Source: Candidatus Falkowbacteria bacterium (GTDB taxonomy: Bacteria; Patescibacteriota; Patescibacteriia; UBA11705; JABHMO01). Taken from it: a stretch of 64,000 nt of DNA. The stretch is from contig JABHAL010000004.1 in the NCBI GenBank assembly GCA_018674305.1, positions 446-64,445 on the forward strand, in the 5' to 3' direction. This document shows, piece by piece, positions 1 through 9,684 of this stretch; within the stretch, counting starts at the first letter, position 1; each line of letters begins with the position of its first letter. Both the position numbers and the translations under genes were made by a program. Below the pieces are notes generated by a model, which did not search any database, was not told the origin of the DNA, and worked only from the letters and a program-made list of their open reading frames with translations.

Positions 1-138
1 CACAACACGCCTCACAAAATCAACATCCTAGAACTGGAACTGCTTGTGCCCCGTTCACCTGCGCCGAGTTTGCAAGCTTCCGGCGGTCGAAAACCAAATC
101 TGGATCAACTGGAAGGCAACGTCGAAGAGTATTTCTAG
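1..138 (+). CDS. 3' end of an unidentified CDS (partial)
   Basis: Open frame 1 (HNTPHKINIL...VEEYF*) ends TAG at 136-138, directly before a terminator hairpin. Confidence 0.55.
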   Translation, partial: HNTPHKINILELELLVPRSPAPSLQASGGRKPNLDQLEGNVEEYF

Positions 139-144
139 AAAACC

Positions 145-178
145 AAAACGCTCCCCGCCATGCGGGAGAGCGTTTTTT
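145..178. terminator. Bidirectional intrinsic terminator
   Basis: aaaacgctccccgc-cat-gcgggagagcgtttttt between convergent genes. Confidence 0.75.
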
Positions 179-198
179 ATTTACTCCAATTTTTATAA

Positions 199-720
199 TT
201 ATCTTTTTCTCCTAATTATATTCGGAATCAAAAATTTTCTTTTGTTATCACTCAAATTTTCAAAACTATCAACAACTTCCATTAGTTTAGCGCTGGCAGA
301 TTCTGCAAAAGCTACCACTTCAACACGACAACCGTTTGTGTTCTGAACATATTCAACCAAAGGAATATAATCACCATCACCAGAAACTAAAATTATTACA
401 TCAAGACTTTGGGACAGCTTAACTGCATCCATAGCAATACCCACATCCCAATCACCTTTTTTAGCGCCACCAGGAAAAATTTGCAAATCTTTTGTTTTAA
501 CTTCATAGCCAACTTTTTCCAATGCTTCAAAAAAATTCTTTTCTAAACCTTCCATTGTTTTAATACCATAAGCTATGGCGCGAATCAGTTTTCGATCACC
601 AACTGACTCTTTTAAAATGGCGCCAAAATTAACTTTCTTTTTGTACAAAACCTTACCACTATAATACAGGTTTTGAATGTCGACCAAAACGCCGACTCGT
701 TGTTCTTTGAAAATAGACAT
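199..720 (-). CDS. NYN domain protein (LabA/DUF88 family)
   Basis: VDIQN, KKGDWDVGIAMD and VSGDGDYIPL motifs. Confidence 0.9.
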   Translation of the reverse strand: MSIFKEQRVGVLVDIQNLYYSGKVLYKKKVNFGAILKESVGDRKLIRAIAYGIKTMEGLEKNFFEALEKVGYEVKTKDLQIFPGGAKKGDWDVGIAMDAVKLSQSLDVIILVSGDGDYIPLVEYVQNTNGCRVEVVAFAESASAKLMEVVDSFENLSDNKRKFLIPNIIRRKR

Positions 721-722
721 AA

Positions 723-842
723 GTTATATTGTTATATTGTTATATTGCTATATTGTTATATTGCTTGCCGTGAACTTAACAAAGTTATAGTTCATGGCTA
801 TATTGCTATATTGTTTAAACAATTTAACAATCTGACAATTTA
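723..842. repeat. 8-nt tandem repeats (GTTATATT/GCTATATT) with an embedded hairpin and an opposing (AACAATTT)-type tract
   Basis: About 5 units at 723-764, hairpin gccgtgaact...agttcatggc, 2 more units, then aacaatttaacaatctgacaatt. Confidence 0.75.
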
Positions 843-913
843 CTATTCTATAGTATCATAATTAATCTGAAACTAAAACCATAACTGTTCGCTGAACAAT
901 AATCTGTAACTAT

Positions 914-946
914 AAAAAAATCCCCCGACAAACGTCGGGGGATTTT
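914..946 (-). terminator. Intrinsic terminator
   Basis: aaaatcccccgac-aaac-gtcgggggatttt with a U-tract on the minus strand, downstream of 958..3252. Confidence 0.8.
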
Positions 947-957
947 CTGCTTTTCTA

Positions 958-3252
958 TTAAAACACTAATGTTCCAAAATATAAAGGAAAGTCATCATGC
1001 ACCAAAACATCCTCATTGGTCTCTACGTCCTTACCAACCACCATATAACTTGCTGGCATTGATAATTGTATAGTATCGTTAGTACTGGCAATGGTAGAAT
1101 CCGCATAAACATCAAAACTGTATGTTTGTCCTGCCGCTAAGTAATAATTGATGTTAGTTGTAAAAATTGACTTCAGGCTATTACTATAATATGTTGGCCA
1201 CATCACACCACTATTATTTGATAGTTCTATTCGCCAATCAACGAACTTAGATGGGACTGCAGAATTTACGTTAAAACCTAACTCCGAAAGCTCAACGTCC
1301 TTAGTTACCATAATATCAATAGTTGCTACTTTAAGACCTGTTGATGGTGTGGCTGTTCCTGTAGGTGAATTTGAACTAACGCTAACATAGATCCCTGCCT
1401 GTTCAACAACCTGTTCCACACACGCACCATTTACACAGGTTTTATTATTTGGACAAACCGTTCCTTCTGTTGAAATAGGTGGGGCTCCCGGGATTTGATT
1501 ATCTACTGCTATATATCCATCATTACAATAATATTCAATAACGTTCCCTGAACTAGTACAATAATCCTTCTTTGTTTCCCAACTACTATCATTCCAATTT
1601 ACACCTGTTGTTTCACCAGCTGACTCTAAATTAATTCCTCCGTCAGTGTCCTGACATTCTACTGCTGCACAACTTCCATCTTCATGACAAAATAACTGTG
1701 GTTCTCCACAAGCTACCCAAACTGCTCCTGGCTCAACTGGGTTACTACAATAACCATTACTATCACAAATTTCTTGTGTACATGGATTCATATCATTACA
1801 ATCATACTCATTTGTACACTTCACTATAGGACCATTCTGTCCCACACAAGAACCCTGACTACAAGCTGTTCCAGATGGACATTCAAAATAATGGCCATTA
1901 ACCCTGCCGTCAGGTAAACATTGTGATTCAACTACCCAGGCGCCAGTTTCAGTTTGTGCGCCGTTAACTTCTTCAGCGCAATAATCATCACTATAAACTA
2001 GCTGGCTAAAAGTATAATCCCAACCAAGAATAGTGGTAGATTGATAAATATCATTACCATCTGGATCATCACACATATCAGATAAAGCATCAGCTCCAGT
2101 AAATTCAGGGAAATCAATAGAGAAATCTCCAATAATATTTGCAGTTTCTAAAGAATTCAAGCTGTAAGCAACTACTGACTCCTCATCAATCATACTTAAC
2201 TGCAACTTCTGATTAACTCCTATCATCCCCTCTTTAATGAACACCACATACACACCTTTTTCAACTCCAGCTGGAAAAATATAATTATTACTAGATAAAT
2301 CAAAGCTAATTTGATCTGAACCACTGATTTGGCCTTGAACTAAGAAATCTCCGCTATCTTGATACAGTCTCCAATAAGCAGGTTTCATTATCAGTGGCCA
2401 ACCTTGTTTAATTTCAAAATTAAGTTGGTTAACCTTAATATCTTCATTTGCATTAAATTTTAATCTTGCAACAATATTCTTCTCCATATTCAAAGTACCA
2501 TTTGGCAAAGATGTATCTTGCTGTACACTTAATTCAGTACTTGCCAATACACACGCACCTTCTACACAAGAACCTGGACAATCATAACTATTCCAGCTTA
2601 CTTTACCGGTCTTTTCATTACAAAAATATTCTAATATTCTTCCCTCGTCCCAACATTTGTCATCCGCTTCATAAAACTCATCAGTTGTTGGGTGTAATCC
2701 TTTGATATGCCCCTTCATTCCTAAATTAGCAAATTTATAAGAATTAATAGGCAAACCAACATCATTTTTGTCAGTTACGTCACTATCAAGACAAGCGCCT
2801 TCTGTCTCACCTGGAATACCGACTCCGATTATTCTTTTCTTCAAAACTTTCCTGGCTCTACCCATTTTGTACCATGCTTTAAGTAAGGTTTTGTACCGCT
2901 TGGCATCCTTTGGTTTAAATACAACCGTAACTCGACAAGTTTCTTGTGGTCTCAGCTGAGACTTACAAGTTGTCTTATTTCTATCAAAGGTAAAACCGTT
3001 TGCCAATTTAGAAAAACTGAACTTGATAGTTCTACGTTTTTCAACATTTTTCACTACAAAAGTTTTACTAACTGAATCACCCACCATTACTGAACCGAGA
3101 TTCTCGGTCCCCATGTCAATAAATTGCAATCCAGTGTTAACTGCGTTATTCGCCATCATGGCGGCAGCAGCTACTGCAATAATTCCAGCAACTACAACCT
3201 TGGTGGTTGATTTAGTGCTAGTTTTACTTTGTGTTTGTGTCATTGTTTTCAT
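958..3252 (-). CDS. Secreted/surface protein: Ig-like (ASH/choice-of-anchor-like) domain plus Cys-rich CxDxD..EYxC repeats
   Basis: N-terminal hydrophobic segment; TCKSQLRPQETCRVTVVFKP; repeated CxD(S/T/P)D...DxC...E(Y/S)xC units. Confidence 0.7.
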   Translation of the reverse strand: MKTMTQTQSKTSTKSTTKVVVAGIIAVAAAAMMANNAVNTGLQFIDMGTENLGSVMVGDSVSKTFVVKNVEKRRTIKFSFSKLANGFTFDRNKTTCKSQLRPQETCRVTVVFKPKDAKRYKTLLKAWYKMGRARKVLKKRIIGVGIPGETEGACLDSDVTDKNDVGLPINSYKFANLGMKGHIKGLHPTTDEFYEADDKCWDEGRILEYFCNEKTGKVSWNSYDCPGSCVEGACVLASTELSVQQDTSLPNGTLNMEKNIVARLKFNANEDIKVNQLNFEIKQGWPLIMKPAYWRLYQDSGDFLVQGQISGSDQISFDLSSNNYIFPAGVEKGVYVVFIKEGMIGVNQKLQLSMIDEESVVAYSLNSLETANIIGDFSIDFPEFTGADALSDMCDDPDGNDIYQSTTILGWDYTFSQLVYSDDYCAEEVNGAQTETGAWVVESQCLPDGRVNGHYFECPSGTACSQGSCVGQNGPIVKCTNEYDCNDMNPCTQEICDSNGYCSNPVEPGAVWVACGEPQLFCHEDGSCAAVECQDTDGGINLESAGETTGVNWNDSSWETKKDYCTSSGNVIEYYCNDGYIAVDNQIPGAPPISTEGTVCPNNKTCVNGACVEQVVEQAGIYVSVSSNSPTGTATPSTGLKVATIDIMVTKDVELSELGFNVNSAVPSKFVDWRIELSNNSGVMWPTYYSNSLKSIFTTNINYYLAAGQTYSFDVYADSTIASTNDTIQLSMPASYMVVGKDVETNEDVLVHDDFPLYFGTLVF

Positions 3253-3261
3253 AATTTTAAA

Positions 3262-5310
3262 TTAATTTTGAGGGACACATTGCTTTAATGTATTATCCCA
3301 TAATATATTATTATTATTTTCTGTTTTACCGCAAAAACAACCAGCACCAAAAGCAATTTCTCCGAGACCGCTATATGAAATCAAATCTGGATTACACTCA
3401 CAACCGTTACTGGGATTATTATCAAAATCCATCCAACCATCACCACATTCCCACTGACACTGAAACTCATCCGCATATATTATACCATTATTGGTATTAT
3501 AACTGTAGTCTGGCTCTATATATGCTTTGATGTTTGGCTTGGTTAAACTAACTAACACTCTACAACCACTGACAATTGTATTTCCATTTAATTGAACTTT
3601 ATTCAGTCCAGAAATAGCATCTAAAACACTCACATCAGTTACTTGGTTATTTCTAAAATCAAGTTCTTTCAAATTAGACAAATTATCTAAACCTGACAAA
3701 TTATTAATATTATTATTTTCAGCCCAAAGCTTTTCTAGCTTAGTTATATTTTGAATCGGGCTTAAGGACTGAATTACATTATCTCCAATATCTAAATATT
3801 TAACATTAGTACTATTTTCTAAACCGACTAAACTACTAATAAAATTATTATTTAATCCCAACCTACCTTCTATTTTTGTTAAATTGGCTAAAGCAGAAAT
3901 ATTCTGGATATTATTATATCCCAGTCGGAGTGTTTTAAGTTCAGATAAATTGGTTAAAGCTGAAATGTCACTAATATTATTGTTTTCAGCATACAAAGCT
4001 ACAATATTAGTCAAGTTCGCCAAAGCAGAGAGATTACTAATACTGTTTTGACCAATGGTCAAAACCCACATATCTGGGAAATTTGCTAAAACTGAAATAT
4101 CAGAAAGACCGCTATTACTGGAAATATCTAACGTTTTTAATTTAATTAAATTTTCCAGTGAAGATATATCAACTACACTATTATTCGCTAAATAAAGTGA
4201 TTTCAAATTAATCAAGTTTTCCAATGGTTTAACATTAGTAATACCATTAAATCTCAAGTCAAGCGTTTCTAAATTGACTAAATTTGTCAGTGGCGCCAAA
4301 TCAAGATTAGTGATGTTGGAATTATAGCCGACCATACATAATTTTTTCAATTTAGACAAATACTCAAGACCACTTAAATTTGCCACCGGTTTATCCACCT
4401 TCGTGATAAAAGGTTGAGCAAAACAACCAGCTTGAATTAACTCTTCTATGTCCTGAACATCTGAAACTATGATATCTTCATCAAGTTTATCAATTTTTTG
4501 TCTTATAATTGTTTCTAAATTTTCATCTGGGAAAGTTATAACAGAATTTGGGTCTATAATTGGATCCGCCGCTGGAACCACTTCCGGCTCAACCGAAACC
4601 AATACACATCGCCCCTCTAAACAACTACCTGGACAATCATAACTGTTCCAACTAACTTTACCGGTATTTTCATTACAAAAATATTCCAATATGCGTCCTT
4701 CATTCCAACACTTATCATCAGCTTCATAAAACTCGTCCGTTGTCGGATGAATACCGCTAATATGTCCTCTTTTAGTCAGATTAGCAAATTTATATGTCTT
4801 GTATGGTAATCCCACATCATTTTTATCTTTTTCATCACTATCTATACAAGCCCGATCACTTTCTGCCGACATGCCAAAACCTACCAATCTTTTTCTTAGC
4901 GATTTTTTTGTTCTTCCTTTTCTGCTTATTACATTAAGTTCAGCTTTATACCTTTTAACTTCCTGTGGCTTGAAAACAACTGTAACCCTACAAGTTTCTC
5001 GTGGTTTCAAAACATGCTTACAAGTTGTCTTGTTAGTATTAATTGTGAAACCCTTAGCTAAACTTTTGATAGCAAAGTTAATAGGCTGTCGCTTTTCCAT
5101 GTTTTTTACCACAAAAGTTTTGCTAGCTAAATCACCAACCATAACAGTCCCAAATTTATATGTCCCACGATCAAGAAATTGCAAGCCTGTATTATTAGCT
5201 GCATTAACCCCAATCATTGCTGCTGCCACGGCTGCAATAATTCCTGCCACTACTACTTTAGTAACTGCCTTAGTATTGGTTTTTATCTCTGTTCGTGTCT
5301 TTGTTTGCAT
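3262..5310 (-). CDS. Secreted internalin-like LRR protein; N-terminal ~240 aa paralogous to 958..3252
   Basis: FPDENLETIIR cap followed by many LxxLxxLxLxxNxIxD repeats; start placed at MQTK behind AAGGA. Confidence 0.8.
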   Translation of the reverse strand: MQTKTRTEIKTNTKAVTKVVVAGIIAAVAAAMIGVNAANNTGLQFLDRGTYKFGTVMVGDLASKTFVVKNMEKRQPINFAIKSLAKGFTINTNKTTCKHVLKPRETCRVTVVFKPQEVKRYKAELNVISRKGRTKKSLRKRLVGFGMSAESDRACIDSDEKDKNDVGLPYKTYKFANLTKRGHISGIHPTTDEFYEADDKCWNEGRILEYFCNENTGKVSWNSYDCPGSCLEGRCVLVSVEPEVVPAADPIIDPNSVITFPDENLETIIRQKIDKLDEDIIVSDVQDIEELIQAGCFAQPFITKVDKPVANLSGLEYLSKLKKLCMVGYNSNITNLDLAPLTNLVNLETLDLRFNGITNVKPLENLINLKSLYLANNSVVDISSLENLIKLKTLDISSNSGLSDISVLANFPDMWVLTIGQNSISNLSALANLTNIVALYAENNNISDISALTNLSELKTLRLGYNNIQNISALANLTKIEGRLGLNNNFISSLVGLENSTNVKYLDIGDNVIQSLSPIQNITKLEKLWAENNNINNLSGLDNLSNLKELDFRNNQVTDVSVLDAISGLNKVQLNGNTIVSGCRVLVSLTKPNIKAYIEPDYSYNTNNGIIYADEFQCQWECGDGWMDFDNNPSNGCECNPDLISYSGLGEIAFGAGCFCGKTENNNNILWDNTLKQCVPQN

Positions 5311-5399
5311 AAAACTATCCTTAATAAACAATAAATGTTAAACCATAAACTAATTTATTAAGTTTTAAATTATATATTTATTTTTACTTTAACAAATTA

Positions 5400-6380
5400 C
5401 TAGTTTTTCAATTCCAATTCTTGCTCAAAAATATCTTTATGTTTATCTAATTCACCTACTGCCGCTAAATAAAGTTGTTTTACTTTTTCTTGATCACTTA
5501 ATCTTTCTTCGACTAAACTACGTAAAATTTCAATTGTCTGTTCATGGGTCTTGGTTCCACGGATACGAAAAGCCTGATATTTATCAGCAATAACTAAGCG
5601 CACTCGAAAGGCCTGATATTTATCAGCTAATTCCAGAGAAGCCATCTGAGGATCCACATTTTCTATTCCTACCCTAGCTGGATCATGGCCATCAATCATG
5701 TGATGACTAGCTGCCACTTCCACAACCCGATTATCAACACCTTGATCTCTTAAAATATCATATGACCAATAAACATGCGCTGACCACAAAAGTCCCATGC
5801 GGATTTTTTTTCCTATTTTTGTTTCAAATCTTTTTTCTTGTTGTTTTTTTCCTGCTGAAACAATTCTTGTTAATATTTCATCCGCTCTCTCTTCAGTCAA
5901 ATCACCTTCATCAACCTTAATTTGCAAAGCTTGCTGTAAAGTCAATTCTTGTGGTGTGACTTCATGATTATTAACTGTGTAAATTATTTGATTAAAATCT
6001 AAATTGAACACATCCACAAACGCTTGTTGCTCTTCCGGTGTGGCTTCAGCTGGCCCAGACTTGCCTACATCATGAACCAAGCAAGCAAACCGCAGTTCAT
6101 TCATTTCACTTTCGTCCATTTCAATATCCTCAACCAAATTATCAATAATCTCGGAAATTTCTACTGCATCCTGAAAATGAGAATTGCGTTTTTGAAGATT
6201 TAATCCTTCAATGTTTGACAATTTACTCAAACGATTCAAAATTGTTTGTGATACATTTTCATAACCCAAAGCACCAAACAATTCCTGAATTTGTTCTGGG
6301 CTTCTTTTGTCATTATGAAAATCTCTTTTTAATTTTTGTTCATACAGATTATGCATGAACATATCATTTTCAAACGGCAT
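5400..6380 (-). CDS. HD-domain protein (HD-GYP-like phosphohydrolase)
   Basis: H...LVHDVGK, ASHH and LADKY motifs. Confidence 0.7.
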   Translation of the reverse strand: MPFENDMFMHNLYEQKLKRDFHNDKRSPEQIQELFGALGYENVSQTILNRLSKLSNIEGLNLQKRNSHFQDAVEISEIIDNLVEDIEMDESEMNELRFACLVHDVGKSGPAEATPEEQQAFVDVFNLDFNQIIYTVNNHEVTPQELTLQQALQIKVDEGDLTEERADEILTRIVSAGKKQQEKRFETKIGKKIRMGLLWSAHVYWSYDILRDQGVDNRVVEVAASHHMIDGHDPARVGIENVDPQMASLELADKYQAFRVRLVIADKYQAFRIRGTKTHEQTIEILRSLVEERLSDQEKVKQLYLAAVGELDKHKDIFEQELELKN

Positions 6381-6444
6381 AACAAAAACCAAAATAAGAA
6401 CTTCTTAAGTGAAGCTAATTTATTCATAGAAATTATACCATATT

Positions 6445-7749
6445 TTATCTTTTTCTCCTATTACTTTTAATTATATAAAACAAAATCAAATACATCACAA
6501 CCATCACCCACCAGCTAATATTAACTTCCACTGACGCCCATTTAAATGCTGAAAATATTTCGACTACTTTGATTACATACCCCAAGACCAACCACGAGAA
6601 CCAACCAATTATTTGACCAAGAAACAAATATACAGATGAAGAGATAAACTGCAAAAAACCAACTAACATAGCGATTGGAATCACTGGCAAAACCAACAGA
6701 TTAACAACTGGTGCCACAATTGAAAGTCGGCCGAACTGAAATAGGATTAACGGTAGAGTAAAAATTATTGCGGATAACGTTGAAGTTAAATTTTCCTGCA
6801 AACCAAATTTCCTTGGCACCCATTTAAATCCTTTAATCAACTTTGGAGATAAATAAACTAAACCTATTGTTGCCAAAAATGAGAGCTGAAAACCAGCATC
6901 CCAAATCAAAATTTTTGGATTAAACAATGCCATCACTACGGCTGACAAAATTAAAACATTACTTACCTTACTTTTTCTGCCTAAATGTTTAGCCAACAAA
7001 ACTATACTACCCATTATAGCGGCCCGAATCACCGACGCGCTGGCACCAGTTAAAATCACAAAGAAAAATAACGCAATTAATATCCCCCATATTGATTTTT
7101 TGCGATTAATTGAAAGTGAAGTGAAAAAATTCAAAAGTAAAATCACGATAATCGTAATATTATAACCAGAAATAGCGATAATATGCGTTATCCCGGTAAC
7201 ATTGAACTTATTTAACAGATCCTGCGGGATCCCCTGTCGTGCCCCCACCAATATCCCACCAACTAAAGCTGCTTGCGGTTCCGCCACTGTACGATTAATT
7301 TTTGTTTGCATCAGCCACTTTAACTTGAGTATGCCGGCAATAAGGATATTGCCGCTTCCGGTTCGTAATGAACGGATTTGTGGCTGATAACACACTGAAT
7401 AAATTCCGTAACGTGCCAAATATCTATCATATTTAAAATTCTCAATTTGCTCGGGAGTTTGCAATTTACATTTAACTTCCAATAAATCACCATATTCAAA
7501 CTCTGGATATAATTGAGTCCGAAGCAAAACTTTTCCTCTAAGTTCTGTCGGTTTAACGGTTAGCTTCTGGTGATCCAATCGAACATCCGGCTCTGTGGAA
7601 ATCACAGCCTGAAAAGTCATCTGTTTATTATTATAAAAAGAAATATGTTTTTCATTAAACTTGGGAGAATAAAATATCGCCCAACTCAATTGAAACAGTA
7701 GGATAACAAAACAAATCAGGAAAAACTTTTGCGACTTTTTAAGTTTCAT
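6445..7749 (-). CDS. comEC: ComEC/Rec2 competence protein (no C-terminal MBL domain)
   Basis: TGITHIIAISGYN, SVIRAAIM, DAGFQLSFLAT motifs. Confidence 0.9.
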   Translation of the reverse strand: MKLKKSQKFFLICFVILLFQLSWAIFYSPKFNEKHISFYNNKQMTFQAVISTEPDVRLDHQKLTVKPTELRGKVLLRTQLYPEFEYGDLLEVKCKLQTPEQIENFKYDRYLARYGIYSVCYQPQIRSLRTGSGNILIAGILKLKWLMQTKINRTVAEPQAALVGGILVGARQGIPQDLLNKFNVTGITHIIAISGYNITIIVILLLNFFTSLSINRKKSIWGILIALFFFVILTGASASVIRAAIMGSIVLLAKHLGRKSKVSNVLILSAVVMALFNPKILIWDAGFQLSFLATIGLVYLSPKLIKGFKWVPRKFGLQENLTSTLSAIIFTLPLILFQFGRLSIVAPVVNLLVLPVIPIAMLVGFLQFISSSVYLFLGQIIGWFSWLVLGYVIKVVEIFSAFKWASVEVNISWWVMVVMYLILFYIIKSNRRKR

Positions 7750-7794
7750 AAATTCATTATAACAAAAAAGCACCCTTATTAAGAGTGCTGTGTT

Positions 7795-8400
7795 CTACTT
7801 AGTCGGACAAGTCTTGATTTTCTGAACCACATATAACCACAATAAATTCAAACTTCCCTTAGCGTATTTGTAGTTGACTTTAAGTTTCCGGAACTGTTTA
7901 TTTACCGTTGTTGGGATAAAAGGAACTCGGTCACTAACAACCTTGGCCACGAGCACCGGCACATTATATTTCTTCGCCAATGCAGTTACGTGATAAGTTT
8001 CCTGATCAACAGCAACAACTCCACGTGAAATACCGAAGCGATGCCGGACCATTCCGTGAAAAGTTTGAAAAACTCCCTTTTCAACTCCCTTTTTCAGATT
8101 AATTGTTCTTGGAAAAATCCTTGTTGTATCAATGTCGAGTCGCTGAGTCATCAATGTCCCTGGTTTTCTGTAACGTACTTGAGTTGCGATGACAGTATTG
8201 CCAACTTTTAAATTTCTATTGACCGAACCGCAAAGCCCAAAACAGATTATCATATCCGGGACTTCTTTTTCCAGCTCAACACCTAAATTTTCAATGGTTT
8301 TGGAACAACCGATCCCAGTCACAATAATTTTCGACACAAACCCATTATCTGCACCGAAAGGAATCTCACCTTCATCAGCAACAACCAGCCAGATATTCAT
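7795..8400 (-). CDS. Nucleoside phosphorylase / MTA-SAH nucleosidase-like protein
   Basis: TGIG, FGLCGS, AVDQE, KVVSD motifs. Confidence 0.7.
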   Translation of the reverse strand: MNIWLVVADEGEIPFGADNGFVSKIIVTGIGCSKTIENLGVELEKEVPDMIICFGLCGSVNRNLKVGNTVIATQVRYRKPGTLMTQRLDIDTTRIFPRTINLKKGVEKGVFQTFHGMVRHRFGISRGVVAVDQETYHVTALAKKYNVPVLVAKVVSDRVPFIPTTVNKQFRKLKVNYKYAKGSLNLLWLYVVQKIKTCPTK

Positions 8401-8530
8401 TCCTTCCTCCCTTTTATTTACTTTCTTTTCATTAAATATTATCCTATGAAACGTGTTTTGTCAAGGCTGTCCCAGTTGCCAAACTTGCTTAATTGCATTA
8501 TGCTTGGCATATAAACATTAAACAAAATAT

Positions 8531-9025
8531 ATGCAAGTACCAACCAGGCGCTATGATGCCAAAGCCAAAGCAACTGACCCACTGATAACTCAGCAAAAGT
8601 TTGATGAGCTAAATAATAATCTTGAAAAGTTACAAAAAAAATTGCCAAATGCCATGTCTGAAGTTTCCCGGTTAGCAGAGATGGGTGATTTCTCAGAAAA
8701 CGCAGCTTATCAAATGGCCAAAGGCCGCTTGCGTGGTATCCATAGACGAATTCAGGAAATTGAAACGCAACTAAAACATTCAGCAATTATTGAAGCCAAA
8801 CAAAACACTGATTCAGTTCACTTGGGACAAAAAGTTACTGTCAAAAGCGACGGTCAAACAAAAACTTTTCAAATTCTGGGACAAACTGAAACCAATCCCA
8901 GCGCAGGAATCATTTCCCGCTATTCCCCACTGGGGACTTTGCTTTTAGGTAAAAAAATCGGTGACATTGTTGAAGTACAATCAGAAAATAAACTCATTAA
9001 ATATCAGATAGTTAGTATTGATTAA
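8531..9025 (+). CDS. greA: GreA/GreB transcription elongation factor
   Basis: GDFSENAAY and ISRYSPLG motifs. Confidence 0.9.
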   Translation: MQVPTRRYDAKAKATDPLITQQKFDELNNNLEKLQKKLPNAMSEVSRLAEMGDFSENAAYQMAKGRLRGIHRRIQEIETQLKHSAIIEAKQNTDSVHLGQKVTVKSDGQTKTFQILGQTETNPSAGIISRYSPLGTLLLGKKIGDIVEVQSENKLIKYQIVSID

Positions 9026-9187
9026 TGTTTATTCTGTTTTTAAAAAAATGCTTAGTATTTACTGAGTTTTTTTGATTTTCTATTTACAATATAAGACCAA
9101 AACAACCTATTGACATACTCCAAAGAACTTGTTAATCTACTCTATTGAGCCTACTATCTAGGCACAAAAGACTAAACGGAGGATATT

Positions 9188-9622
9188 ATGAGTGGTCAAA
9201 CATTCAGTATTTTGTGGGGAACCAACGATGTAGGACAATTTGCCATACAAAAAACGTTAGCTAAGCTCCAGGAACTTGGGCACAAATTGTTCTTCACTGA
9301 AGACCCAACTGAGCTGCTAAACGCACTGGGTTCACCAGACAGAACCTTTGATCTGGTGGTCATTGAACCTGAGCATCTGAAAAAGTCAGACGACTGGCCA
9401 GAAGCCGAAGGTAGTAATCAACCACGGGTTCACACCGGCTATGCGCTAGCCGCAGAAATCAGAAAAAATTACGCCCGGCTGCGGATTATGATTCTCACTT
9501 CTTTTACCCCACAAGAAGAAACACTAGAACAATGCGGTCTAACTGCTATTGAAAACTGGGGCACAATTGTTCGCAAGCCCTGCCTGAGCGAAGACCTTAT
9601 TCAGGCTATTGAAACCGGTTAA
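9188..9622 (+). CDS. Stand-alone atypical receiver (REC)-like domain
   Basis: FDLVVIE, GYALAAEIR, IMILTS, RKP; Glu sits at the phospho-Asp position. Confidence 0.6.
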   Translation: MSGQTFSILWGTNDVGQFAIQKTLAKLQELGHKLFFTEDPTELLNALGSPDRTFDLVVIEPEHLKKSDDWPEAEGSNQPRVHTGYALAAEIRKNYARLRIMILTSFTPQEETLEQCGLTAIENWGTIVRKPCLSEDLIQAIETG

Positions 9623-9629
9623 TAATCAC

Positions 9630-9662
9630 AAACGCTCCAATTCAATTTTGGAGCGTTTTTTT
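9630..9662 (+). terminator. Intrinsic terminator
   Basis: aaacgctccaa...ttggagcgttttttt. Confidence 0.75.
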
Positions 9663-9684
9663 ATCAGAATAAATTATTTGATTA

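Noticed and set aside
44-346. 100-aa plus-strand ORF
   Set aside because: Crosses a terminator and runs antisense into the NYN gene
673-861. 62-aa ORF (YCYIVILLYCY)
   Set aside because: Translation of 8-nt tandem repeats
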